Of a DNA stretch of 64,000 nt, positions 54,201 through 62,045 are shown piece after piece. This DNA comes from an uncultured virus (IMG/VR IMGVR_UViG_3300049259_000045). Its lineage: Duplodnaviria > Heunggongvirae > Uroviricota > Caudoviricetes. How positions within the stretch are numbered: position 1 is the stretch's first letter; each line of letters starts with the position of its first letter. Position numbers and translations under genes: made by a program. Where the stretch lies: IMG/VR virus record IMGVR_UViG_3300049259_000045; one strand, given 5' to 3'. Below the pieces are notes generated by a model. That model was not told the DNA's origin. It ran no database searches and saw only the letters and a program-made list of their open reading frames with translations.

Positions 54201-55623
54201 CGTCTTGGCCGCACGCGTCTTGCAGTACCATGTCGAAAATGTCGCTGAGGTACTGCAGCGTAGGCTTGGTGGCCTTACGGTCGGACATCGTGCTGGTCAT
54301 TTTGGACATCTGGTTGGCCGCACCACTGGACATCGTGGTGCTGACCTTAGGCGCAATACCCAGTTCCATCGGCATTACGTCGAATGCCATGCAGACCTGG
54401 TTCATTACGACTTCATCGAACGCATCCGCAATCTGCGGAGGGCGCTGCGGGTCCACCTTGCTGCCGGACGGCAGGACCAAGATCTTGTGCTTCCAAGCCG
54501 GGTCGCCCGCCACCGCGTTGAGCGCGTCCTGCAGTTCGCGGATCTGGTTCGGAGTCATGTTGGCGTTCGAGTCACCAGGCGAGATGTACACCGCAGGGAC
54601 CGTGCCCTCACGGAAGTAATCAAGCTGATAACCCTGCTTCTGCAACCCGGCCATCACGGGAACCAGCGCACGCTCGATCGGCGGAAATCCGTAAGGAGTC
54701 CACCGGCGAGGGGTCATCGGCAGGTAGAGAAGCTGATCCGTCTGGAACCTGGACACCTCGGCTCCGGTCAGACCCCCGTACTCCAGGTCTCGATCCGTCA
54801 CCAGTGTCATCAAGTCCACGCGAGGGACCCCGTACAGGTACTGCTGATAAGCCACGGCCGGAGGACGAGGGCGCTCGCCGTGGAGCCCAAGGAGCGGCCG
54901 GATGGTGGAGCCGGACAGCAGAGACAGCGAATCGAAGTCGGACCCCATCAGGCCACGTCCGCGACCCTTGGCCCACTTCTTGCGGAACAGCACCGACAGC
55001 GCATCGAACACGAACACCTCTTCGAGCAACGCGTCGATAAAAGTGTTCCAAGAGAAGTAGTCGGAGTCCGGCTTCTTGAAGAACTTCATCGCCTGAGCGC
55101 GTCGCTCGCCGAAGTCCCGCATAGCCACGCGGTCTCCGCGCATGGCCTTCGACGCTTCCTTGGTAGGCATGATGTCCCACTCCAGCGACCGGATTTCAGA
55201 CTTCCGGAGCTGGATAGCGGCTCGGGCCACCGAGTACACATCGGCCAGCGTCCGCAGCGTGTTGAAGTCCGCCAGCTTGATGCCCTCGGAACCAGGCTGC
55301 CCTACCGGAAGGTTCCACCCAACCTCGTACTGGAACAGCCGAGGTTCCGGCAGGTCCGAATCCTCGGGGGGAGCGTCCACCGGAACAGGCAAGATCGGGC
55401 TGAACGGCCCGAATGCTCCGTCAGTGAACGTCTGCGCCGGTCGCGGGAGGTACGATCGATAGGCGTTGGACCAAGTTCCCGTTGCCCCCCCGGAGTCAAG
55501 CTCTCTGGCCAGCGGAGAAATTTGAGAGGTGGAGATGCCGGGTAGCCCCTGGTTGGCCGGGCTCGGGCTCTGTGCGCCCGGTATGGCCTTCATGCTACTG
55601 ATGATGGAACCGCGTGGAGCCAC
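51214..55623 (-). CDS. Portal protein fused to MuF-like, Zn-binding, ParB-like and NUDIX domains
   Basis: Portal YGFPPIE, YFREGTVP; MuF HCGAC...PGDG...CLGGPNCKC; ParB PILLV...VDGHHR; Nudix box GGCLEEGETPEAAALREWSEETG. Confidence 0.85.
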   Translation of the reverse strand: MAPRGSIISSMKAIPGAQSPSPANQGLPGISTSQISPLARELDSGGATGTWSNAYRSYLPRPAQTFTDGAFGPFSPILPVPVDAPPEDSDLPEPRLFQYEVGWNLPVGQPGSEGIKLADFNTLRTLADVYSVARAAIQLRKSEIRSLEWDIMPTKEASKAMRGDRVAMRDFGERRAQAMKFFKKPDSDYFSWNTFIDALLEEVFVFDALSVLFRKKWAKGRGRGLMGSDFDSLSLLSGSTIRPLLGLHGERPRPPAVAYQQYLYGVPRVDLMTLVTDRDLEYGGLTGAEVSRFQTDQLLYLPMTPRRWTPYGFPPIERALVPVMAGLQKQGYQLDYFREGTVPAVYISPGDSNANMTPNQIRELQDALNAVAGDPAWKHKILVLPSGSKVDPQRPPQIADAFDEVVMNQVCMAFDVMPMELGIAPKVSTTMSSGAANQMSKMTSTMSDRKATKPTLQYLSDIFDMVLQDACGQDDMRFVFEGQIEEDDEATTTTLVVNQVNSGLRSIDEGREKLNLPPWGLPETSDPGWATPATGFVTLAEASATRQASLQATQQLAANGGKPPEPGQESDDKKPGGGSPGGSQQSPGHEAAEGHETSQKTPPDVKTDTQKARRPVHAGAARHQARRQNRVDASAKRVTLGLRRIVDQYQEGEIDAATGLNEGVQHLATGYRQVMRAAAGDARRDHGITGVRKDDGEGDDDSGFDDLSSYVDSEASSRAESQRPFLMGLFKDLATGGALAQSRLSSRLDLYGRTLVGAYNIAYGRTLQADGSYQIVWHLGASEHCGACIARDGITYTFHSLPGWPGDGDFGDVCLGGPNCKCSLEYIKEGDPVEEGTNTLRDDDAEVGYYQQQLSDITARRNQAEDARQRFLATVPEPSRSQAQTRDDIRRQLADMGNQRARQNGGWQGISVEPSDISAEQVHSEMSNNALYRMVYSEMEAAARHLSKGLTVSEWNRRNLTFSDLRILSSRIKSGMEYKAAARLAMRRIVDTNGQERWTEADEGPQGGPAGGGGPFLSAHDVNGIYGADKSATLTGCDCCGGSGEHATGHECYRCDAGGSLYPSEIDSPKCDEVFRSPAVHDKGCPHCSPSSVKSDADRQAAGIDGTSGDAQDVLHEFKDNGQGACALCGLGQSHAKHSVMCPCGIPVAYDTENGWQHADGSISHDDDESVSDKMAPRMTDAAHGAFQTMAGDFPAHAIVWMAFVKWQGPIEVTADDIDFEDAGSWAADHEAGKVAKFAKKLLTGEDVRPILLVKKPGHDKAMVVDGHHRALASRMVSKPVRAYLAKVPTEDGPWNETHSYQRTEGTGGSEYSYQSKSVGPVAAGVCVHAKDTDRLLMLQRAYDETDPASGFWEFPGGCLEEGETPEAAALREWSEETGMNFPDSAVKIGEWLTYNGVYAGFVYQIEHESDLPVFDGRYEVNNPDDPDGDQVEALAWWDSWHAAENPAIRPELMAEWHRVVDQIWKDVR

Positions 55624-55638
55624 GGCACCTCCCTTCGA

Positions 55639-57669
55639 TTAGCGGGTGAACCATTCCCAGACACTGGAACCGGTTCGACAAGGGAACAGGTCGGCTACCG
55701 GAGATCCCGTGGTCAGCACCAGCGAAGTGGCTCCGTTGATGTGTTCGCTGCCCTGCGGCAGAACGTTCACCGCGTTGCCGCTGCTGTCCGACTTCCGGAT
55801 GGTGTACGTGTTCGGAGTCCACGCGGCACTGATCAACGTGATGTTTACTGGGCCAGCGCTGGCGTCCACCACGATGGCGTTATCCAGGATGGTGACAGTA
55901 TAGTTCGAGCTGTGCGTGTTGGCCACAAAGCCCTGCTGACCGTTCACCACCTTGAGACCGGTCGGATGCGCCACGTTGATGGTAGCGGTGTTGACCAGCC
56001 CCACCAGGTTTATCTCGCCGAGTAGGGCGTTCAGACCGCCACCCGAGGTGTTGTCAATCAGCGAGATGGTTCCCTCGGTGTCAAACGTCCCATACAGCCA
56101 GGGGCCGATGCCCTGCTGTCCTGACCCGAACACCTGCAGAGTGTTGATGCACGACTCGACCGAGGTCTGTCCTACATTCAGTGCGTGGCTGGCGCCCACC
56201 GACCCATCGTAGGTGCCGACGATCCCCCACGCAGTCCAGCAGTACAGGATGCGCGAAGAGTCTCCGACGAAGTGCTCGGAGGCAAATATCGCGTAGGTGT
56301 ATCCACCTTGGCAGGTAAAGTTGCTGGTCCAGCAGTTGTCGTTGTTGCCGTTGGCAGGCATCAGCCCACCGATGGACAGCCCGGAGGCCAACAGGCTCTG
56401 GTTGTCGTAGTCTCCGGCGGCTACTTCACCTGTAGTACCGTAAGTGAAGTTCTGCAGACTGGCCTCGCCACATCCGTAAAAGTCGTACGCGCCGTAGGTA
56501 AGGCCGTTGATGCTGTGAGCGGTCCGGATGGAGATGTCCTTCAACACTACGTACATGTTGCTGAACAGGGTGGCTCGACCGTACCCGTTGACCGTGGTAG
56601 GACCACCGATTACCGACGGGTTGCCGTTGGCGTTGATATCGGAGATCTGGGCGCTCGGACTGGAGTACACCCCGGAGCTAACCAGGGTCGCTCCTGATTT
56701 CTGCATCACGGTCTGCTGCCAGTGCTGGCACGCTGACGCGTTGCCCGGACCCTCGAAGATCAGGGTGACCTTGTTTTCGGTGGTCGGAATGATCGGCAGC
56801 GGGATCTGGCTGTTCCCGAGCGTCGGACCGCCCGTGATCAGATCGCCGTCGATCATCCAGAACTGAGAAACCGCTGCGGGGAACTTCACCACAGCTAGGC
56901 CAGCGTGAGCGCGAGCGTAGGCAACCGCGTCGTTGGTGGCTTGGATCAAGGCCGGTGTTTCATCAGGGCCGATCTGCACCTGCATACCAGTCAGGGACTG
57001 TCCGGACGCATTCGTAACCGACAGGACTGCGTGGCCCGAATCGGTGACGGTACTGATCACACCGACTAGCGTGGTTGAGGCAGCGCTGCCCGCGTTCTTG
57101 ACCATGACTACCCAGCCGACCATACCCGAAACGAACGGGTGCGAGGTCGTGCAGGCCAGGTTGGCGCTACCGACGCCCATCGCGCCGTCGTGCACCTCGA
57201 TACCACGGCCGGTAGCCCCGTAGTCGGCTACGTTGAACACCCAGTCCTGCGAACCGCCGAGTTGAGACACCGTAGCCACGTCGCTGGGGTCTGTGCCCGG
57301 AGTGACTGACGTGATCTTGTGGCTGTTGTTGGACCAGTCGGCAGCCGGGGGGTGCAAGTTGGCCACTCGGTCCAGAGTGCCGGTTTCGACCGTCGGATGG
57401 CTCGGCACGGTGTTGTTTACCGAAATAGATTGGTCGCCAGCTGTTACACTGGTAACCGCCCCTGAGCCGATGCCGAATACGTAAGGCCCGTGGCCGGTCC
57501 AACTGCCGAGGGTCTTGGGCCCCCAGTACGTCGGATTGTCCGGATCCGTCTGGTTGATGTAGTAGTCGCCGTCAATCCCGACCGAATTCGAGGGCGCTCC
57601 GGTGCCGGGAATCCAGGTGTTGCCTCGGGGTCCCGATGTTCCAGCCGACGATACGACAACGGTAGTCAG
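55639..57669 (-). CDS. Tailspike / depolymerase-like beta-helix protein (probable CTG start)
   Basis: FNVADYGATG...DET.ALIQA; the frame stays open upstream of 57408 with GTGAPSNSVGIDGDYYIN...WGPK. Confidence 0.7.
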   Translation of the reverse strand: MTTVVVSSAGTSGPRGNTWIPGTGAPSNSVGIDGDYYINQTDPDNPTYWGPKTLGSWTGHGPYVFGIGSGAVTSVTAGDQSISVNNTVPSHPTVETGTLDRVANLHPPAADWSNNSHKITSVTPGTDPSDVATVSQLGGSQDWVFNVADYGATGRGIEVHDGAMGVGSANLACTTSHPFVSGMVGWVVMVKNAGSAASTTLVGVISTVTDSGHAVLSVTNASGQSLTGMQVQIGPDETPALIQATNDAVAYARAHAGLAVVKFPAAVSQFWMIDGDLITGGPTLGNSQIPLPIIPTTENKVTLIFEGPGNASACQHWQQTVMQKSGATLVSSGVYSSPSAQISDINANGNPSVIGGPTTVNGYGRATLFSNMYVVLKDISIRTAHSINGLTYGAYDFYGCGEASLQNFTYGTTGEVAAGDYDNQSLLASGLSIGGLMPANGNNDNCWTSNFTCQGGYTYAIFASEHFVGDSSRILYCWTAWGIVGTYDGSVGASHALNVGQTSVESCINTLQVFGSGQQGIGPWLYGTFDTEGTISLIDNTSGGGLNALLGEINLVGLVNTATINVAHPTGLKVVNGQQGFVANTHSSNYTVTILDNAIVVDASAGPVNITLISAAWTPNTYTIRKSDSSGNAVNVLPQGSEHINGATSLVLTTGSPVADLFPCRTGSSVWEWFTR

Positions 57670-57678
57670 ATGTCCCCC

Positions 57679-58050
57679 TTACGGCGTGGTAGTGGGCTGG
57701 AGGAGGAATGGGCCTTGAACCAGGGCCTCCGCGTCGTTTAGTCCCGCGTTCATCCACAAAGTGAACGACCCGCCGGACCAATTCGCTGTTGCGGTAGCCG
57801 ACAGCGCTACCAGCACCGTGGACGTGTCCAGGTCTACGAAGATGGTGCCCTGACTGGTACCGGCTGCGTCGGTTACCTCGATCTTCGGTATCGTTGCTTT
57901 GTCGTCCGTGGACGGCCTGGCCACGAACAGGAACGATTTGGTGGAAATGTCCATCGGGGTCTTGTCGTCATTTTGGAGCTGGCAGCTCAAGCTCCAGGAC
58001 GATCCTTGAGACGATATTACCGTGTAGTAGTTCGGCAGGACTGCTACCAC
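57679..58050 (-). CDS. Virion adaptor / Ig-like protein
   Basis: SQGSSW...PMDIS...LSATATA...LVQGPF; SD AGGGG. Confidence 0.55.
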   Translation of the reverse strand: MVAVLPNYYTVISSQGSSWSLSCQLQNDDKTPMDISTKSFLFVARPSTDDKATIPKIEVTDAAGTSQGTIFVDLDTSTVLVALSATATANWSGGSFTLWMNAGLNDAEALVQGPFLLQPTTTP

Positions 58051-58058
58051 ATCGGCCC

Positions 58059-58328
58059 CTATTCGTCGTCGTACACATCGTGCGGGAACACCACGTTGAT
58101 TTCCCACCCGGAGTTGGCAGACCAGTATTCGACTGATGCCATGGTGCCGTTGGGGTGGTACTCTACCTTCTTGATGCGCGGGCACGGCTGGCGGTCGGCG
58201 GATGTACCCGCTACGGTGGAATGAATCCCCGCGCAATGCGAGCAGGCGTGTTTACCCGCCTCCTGGCCCTCGAATATCTTCTGGGCTGCGCTCTTCTGTT
58301 CCGGCGTCAGCAGCTGGCTCTCCGTCAT
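58059..58328 (-). CDS. Small Zn-binding protein
   Basis: CSHCAGIH...CPR. Confidence 0.55.
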   Translation of the reverse strand: MTESQLLTPEQKSAAQKIFEGQEAGKHACSHCAGIHSTVAGTSADRQPCPRIKKVEYHPNGTMASVEYWSANSGWEINVVFPHDVYDDE

Positions 58329-58458
58329 CGCTATCCTTCTTAACTTCGCGAGTGCGGCCGCACAGGTTACAGAATTTGTAGTGCTCCCGGTACACGTTAC
58401 GGCACCTTTTGCACCGGACCATTCCGTATGCGTAAAGCCAGCTGCCCTCGGCTACCAT
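58252..58458 (-). CDS. Small Zn-ribbon protein
   Basis: CKRC...CNLC; TAATG coupling. Confidence 0.45.
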   Translation of the reverse strand: MVAEGSWLYAYGMVRCKRCRNVYREHYKFCNLCGRTREVKKDSDDGEPAADAGTEERSPEDIRGPGGG

Positions 58459-58727
58459 TATTTCAAGGTAACGTGAGGGAAAGCCGCTCGCTGACCTGCT
58501 TCGCGCATCTGCCGAGCCAGATCGAGCGACGGAATCGCTACCGAACAGAACGTTTCGTGCGCCTTGCGCGCCTCAACAAATTCGGCGTACTGCTCCATCG
58601 TGTTGGCTGTCCACACCCGGCCACAGAACTTGTCCGGGTTGGAGTTGCACAGGAGCGCCATCGGCAGACTCCGAGGAGTTCCGTAGTACGGCTGCTCGGC
58701 GAGATCGTGCGGTGCTGTTCTGGCCAT
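58458..58727 (-). CDS. Hypothetical protein
   Basis: Start after GGAG. Confidence 0.5.
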   Translation of the reverse strand: MARTAPHDLAEQPYYGTPRSLPMALLCNSNPDKFCGRVWTANTMEQYAEFVEARKAHETFCSVAIPSLDLARQMREAGQRAAFPHVTLK

Positions 58728-58729
58728 GC

Positions 58730-60349
58730 TCAGTTCTCCCTGTTCCGTCGGCAGTGCGGGCACCGAAGCGGGTGATATTCGCCCATGTACGTCCGGCCGC
58801 AATGCGCGCAGGTGATAACGCCATAAGCCTCGGTCCAGCCGCCGGACTGCGGCCACACCGCCATCACGGCGCCGTCACCTCGGTCAGTGGATCGACCAAT
58901 GCGCTTCTTGATGTCGTCCTTGGACTCTACCTGAATGCGGCCACCCGACATGATACGCCAGTGAGGCGCGGTCAGGTCGCCCAGTAGTAGGTCATCCGGC
59001 GGGATGGCCAGTTCGTGGTCAGACGAGGGGTCAAGCATCTCACGCAAGTTCCACCAGCCTGCGGCTCGACAGTTGACGAACCCCAATTCGCCGGAACTGT
59101 CTCGGCGGTTGGTTCCGGCGGAAGCGTTGAACGGATCGACGGATTTCTTAAGCTCGCGCAGTCGGTCCACCACGCCAGCACCGATGCCAATAACGTCGAC
59201 CACGGCCATCATGCCCTCGTTCGGCTCCAGAATCCCGACCACACGACCGGTGGTCTTCATCAGATCCTCGCGAGACGATTCACGCAGTTCGGTGATAACG
59301 TTACCGTGACGGATGGCCATGATGGTCTTGTCCTCGCCAGACCGAGCTACGTCGACGCCCACCGTGTGCAGTCCTTCGGTAGGGCGCTCGCTGCCAGCTT
59401 CGACCCACTGCCGGTAGCGCTCCATAGCCGCTTCGATCCAACTAAGCGGAATTACGCCATCCTCGTCGGAAGAGTAGAACTCGCCGAGGACGCGGTTTTG
59501 AAAGGCTGCGCTTTTCTCGCCCCACTGCAACTTGCGCTGATCAGCCCACTGCATCGACACCCGCTTGGCCGCTACAGCCTCGGCGAGGGTCACGTGCCTG
59601 GCCCACCAGTCCTCAAGTCCTGGCGCCCTGCGGTGGATATCGTAGAAGGTACCGTTGGGCTCTCCGGGGGTACTAGCGGCGAGTGCGAACGCCTCGGGCA
59701 GGCCACCGGCGGGGTTGGCTCCGGAGAAGGCTCCTTCGGCCGCTTCGAAAGTCTTCGATCCGATGGCCTTGGATTCGTCAAATACGTACAACACGCTGTC
59801 CGCGTGCACGCCCTCGATAAGTTCCGCGTTATTGGACGCCACCGCGAACGCGGCCCCGTGCTCTAGCTTGATATTCAGGCTGAGCAGCTCGGTCCGTTCG
59901 TCCAGCGGACCGCGTCCCAACTCCGACCACTTGATGCGTTTGGCCCATTTGTGGATCTCGGGCCACAGGTACTTTTCGAGCTGCCGCCACGCTCCGGCGG
60001 TACTGGCAATCTTCCAATCCACTCCGGCCGCGTCGCGAGTGATGGCGAACCACAGAATCGCGAGCGCCGAAGTGGTGGACTTGCCGAGACCGTGCGGACC
60101 ACGGACAGCCACACGACGTTTGATCGGTATTGCGGCCAAAGTCTCGCTCTGGTAAGCAGTAAGACTATTGGAACCCCAGTCGATGCAGTGTTCTGCAAAC
60201 CCGGCGGGGTCGCTGTAGTACCGGTTGGCGTCGCCCGGAAACTCGGACTTTGCCGGGACCGTCGTTTGTTCAGCTTCCACCATCAGCTGCCGCAGCTTCT
60301 GCAACCGCTGGAGTTTGATCATTAGAAGCTGATCGTCAGATCCCGACAT
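58730..60349 (-). CDS. terL: Terminase large subunit
   Basis: AYQ Q-motif, GPHGLGKS, VFDES, ASTP, GVDVARSGED, STDRGD. Confidence 0.92.
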   Translation of the reverse strand: MSGSDDQLLMIKLQRLQKLRQLMVEAEQTTVPAKSEFPGDANRYYSDPAGFAEHCIDWGSNSLTAYQSETLAAIPIKRRVAVRGPHGLGKSTTSALAILWFAITRDAAGVDWKIASTAGAWRQLEKYLWPEIHKWAKRIKWSELGRGPLDERTELLSLNIKLEHGAAFAVASNNAELIEGVHADSVLYVFDESKAIGSKTFEAAEGAFSGANPAGGLPEAFALAASTPGEPNGTFYDIHRRAPGLEDWWARHVTLAEAVAAKRVSMQWADQRKLQWGEKSAAFQNRVLGEFYSSDEDGVIPLSWIEAAMERYRQWVEAGSERPTEGLHTVGVDVARSGEDKTIMAIRHGNVITELRESSREDLMKTTGRVVGILEPNEGMMAVVDVIGIGAGVVDRLRELKKSVDPFNASAGTNRRDSSGELGFVNCRAAGWWNLREMLDPSSDHELAIPPDDLLLGDLTAPHWRIMSGGRIQVESKDDIKKRIGRSTDRGDGAVMAVWPQSGGWTEAYGVITCAHCGRTYMGEYHPLRCPHCRRNREN

Positions 60350-60361
60350 GGCGACCTCTGG

Positions 60362-60655
60362 CTACGAAGTGGATGAGTCGGGCTGAGGCGTGTCCGTGCT
60401 GCCGATGCCCAGCTCCTGCAGCACCTTCTTGAGTTCGTCGGCGATGATCGGCCGGAGCGCGTCCGCCAGCTTGGTCACGTCGCCCTTGGCCTCGGCGACC
60501 GCCGTCTTGACGAGAGCGACGATCTCCTCCTCGAAGTGCTCGAACACGGGCAGGGCGGCCTCGGCGAGAACATGTGCGTCCGCCTCGCCGACGTTCAGCG
60601 CCTGGCCCACGAAGTGCTTGATCTTGTCGAACAGACTACCGAATGCACTGGGCAT
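60362..60655 (-). CDS. Hypothetical helical protein
   Basis: SD AGGAG. Confidence 0.6.
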   Translation of the reverse strand: MPSAFGSLFDKIKHFVGQALNVGEADAHVLAEAALPVFEHFEEEIVALVKTAVAEAKGDVTKLADALRPIIADELKKVLQELGIGSTDTPQPDSSTS

Positions 60656-60694
60656 CGCGGACTCCTAGGATAGTTTGGGGTTCGGGCATGAAAC

Positions 60695-60726
60695 GACCCC
60701 CTGACGATTACCTTCGTCAGGGGGTC
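60695..60726 (-). terminator. Intrinsic terminator
   Basis: GACCCCCTGACGA-loop-TCGTCAGGGGGTC followed by GTTT. Confidence 0.7.
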
Positions 60727-60778
60727 TATAGGGTCTCATTCAGAGTGAGAGTCTATGGCGTTCATATTCCCTGGCACC

Positions 60779-61061
60779 AGCACATTTAAAGACAGCGGGT
60801 CAGTCTTAGGTCATCTCGTTCTGCCATTGAACGTACCGCGCGTCGAGTCGCGCGGGCTGGATTCGAACCAGCAACCGATGAGTGTCGCCCGAAGTCAGTC
60901 GATCTGGAGCCGAACGCGATGCGTTAGCTTGGAGCAATAGTCTGAGATTGACGGTCCCTGCCTCTACCACCTGGGCTACCTCGGCTCGTTGTGCCGAGGG
61001 GAGGTGTCGAACCTCCGCTGTCAGGACGTTTTCAGACTGAGCTTTAGCTTCAGCTTGTGCT
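60779..61061 (-). ncRNA. Structured RNA with two circularly permuted tRNA-like (YrlA-like) domains
   Basis: Domains at 60954-61027 and 60811-60881, each ordered T arm, loop-closed acceptor stem, D arm; AGCACA/TGTGCT closing helix; hexamer repeats. Confidence 0.75.
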
Positions 61062-61095
61062 CACCCGTCGGACTCGCCGACGGGAACTTGGGGGT

Positions 61096-61830
61096 CTACC
61101 CGTTGAACAGGTAGTGGAACAGCGGACCACCGATCGAGTAGTCGTGCACATCCGAGCCGTTGGCCTCTTCACGGGCGTACTTCACCGCTCGTTGCAGTTC
61201 CCCGATCCGACTCAGCAGCTCGTTGACGTGATTCAACGGAGTAGCGCCGGACGCCTTGATCGTGGTCCAGTAGCCGACGGAGATGTCCTCCATCCACACG
61301 TCGACTTGAGCGGGGTGGCGTTCGGTGGCCTCGGCCTTGACGTGGTTGCGGGGGACTTTCTTGCTCCGCACGGTACGCACCGGCTCGGTCGTCCAGACAC
61401 CCAGCTCCTGGTTGAACGACCACTGTTCCGCCGGGTCCAACGTGGGGATCTTGGAGATCAGCGTCCGGAGGTCGGTCAGCTTCTTCTCCAAGAACAGCAG
61501 ATACGTCACCGGAACGTCCGTGGCCAGGGTCCGCGCGCCGACCACGATGTCCGCCTTGGCGGTGGTGTTGGCTATGTCCTTGGTCAATGTGACATCCAGG
61601 AGCTGGGCCAGCCCCTCGGCGACGTTCTGCAGGACCTGCGACACGCTGAGCTGTACCCGAGTCGATTCGGGCGGAAGCTGCTCGCCTTCCTCGTCCTTCG
61701 GCTGGTACGTCCGCGAGATTCCGGCCAGCAGGTTGTTGCGCTGCAAATCGTGGTACGCCTTGGTGACGACACTCTCGGCCGTGGACTTAACGCCCTTCTC
61801 GACCGCGATGATCTGATTGAGCTTGGCCAC
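61096..61830 (-). CDS. Uncharacterised helical protein (recalled as DUF7873-like)
   Basis: MAKLNQIIAVEKGVKS...LAGISRTYQPKDEEGEQLPPESTRVQ...HPAQV...AREEAN; GTG start after AGGAG. Confidence 0.75.
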   Translation of the reverse strand: MAKLNQIIAVEKGVKSTAESVVTKAYHDLQRNNLLAGISRTYQPKDEEGEQLPPESTRVQLSVSQVLQNVAEGLAQLLDVTLTKDIANTTAKADIVVGARTLATDVPVTYLLFLEKKLTDLRTLISKIPTLDPAEQWSFNQELGVWTTEPVRTVRSKKVPRNHVKAEATERHPAQVDVWMEDISVGYWTTIKASGATPLNHVNELLSRIGELQRAVKYAREEANGSDVHDYSIGGPLFHYLFNG

Positions 61831-61873
61831 GCTCGTGCTCCTACTGAGATTGTGGGATTGCTCTGTGGAGGGC

Positions 61874-61903
61874 ATCCTACCATGGCAGGGGCTGGCGTGT
61901 CTA
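61874..61903 (-). promoter_or_regulatory. SigA/HrdB-like promoter
   Basis: TAGACA-N18-TAGGAT. Confidence 0.6.
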
Positions 61904-61916
61904 CCGTCTGTTCTAG

Positions 61917-61990
61917 TGGCGCCGACCGGATTCGAACCGGTGACCTCTGGGTTATGGGCCCAGCGTGCTACCGAACTGCACTACGGCGCT
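61917..61990 (-). tRNA. Initiator-type tRNA-Met(CAT)
   Basis: AGCGCCG TA GTGC AGTTCGGTA GCAC G CTGGG CC CAT AA CCCAG AGGTC ACCGG TTCGAAT CCGGT CGGCGCC A; 1:72 mismatch and three G:C pairs in the anticodon stem. Confidence 0.9.
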
Positions 61991-62045
61991 TTGAGTTGCG
62001 TGGACCGGGAGCAGTGGCCAGACCGGAGACCGGTCCACGCAAGTT

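Noticed and set aside
60843..60990. A conventional tRNA with a long intron (D arm of domain 1 paired with T arm of domain 2)
   Set aside because: The acceptor strands pair perfectly within each permuted domain and poorly across domains.
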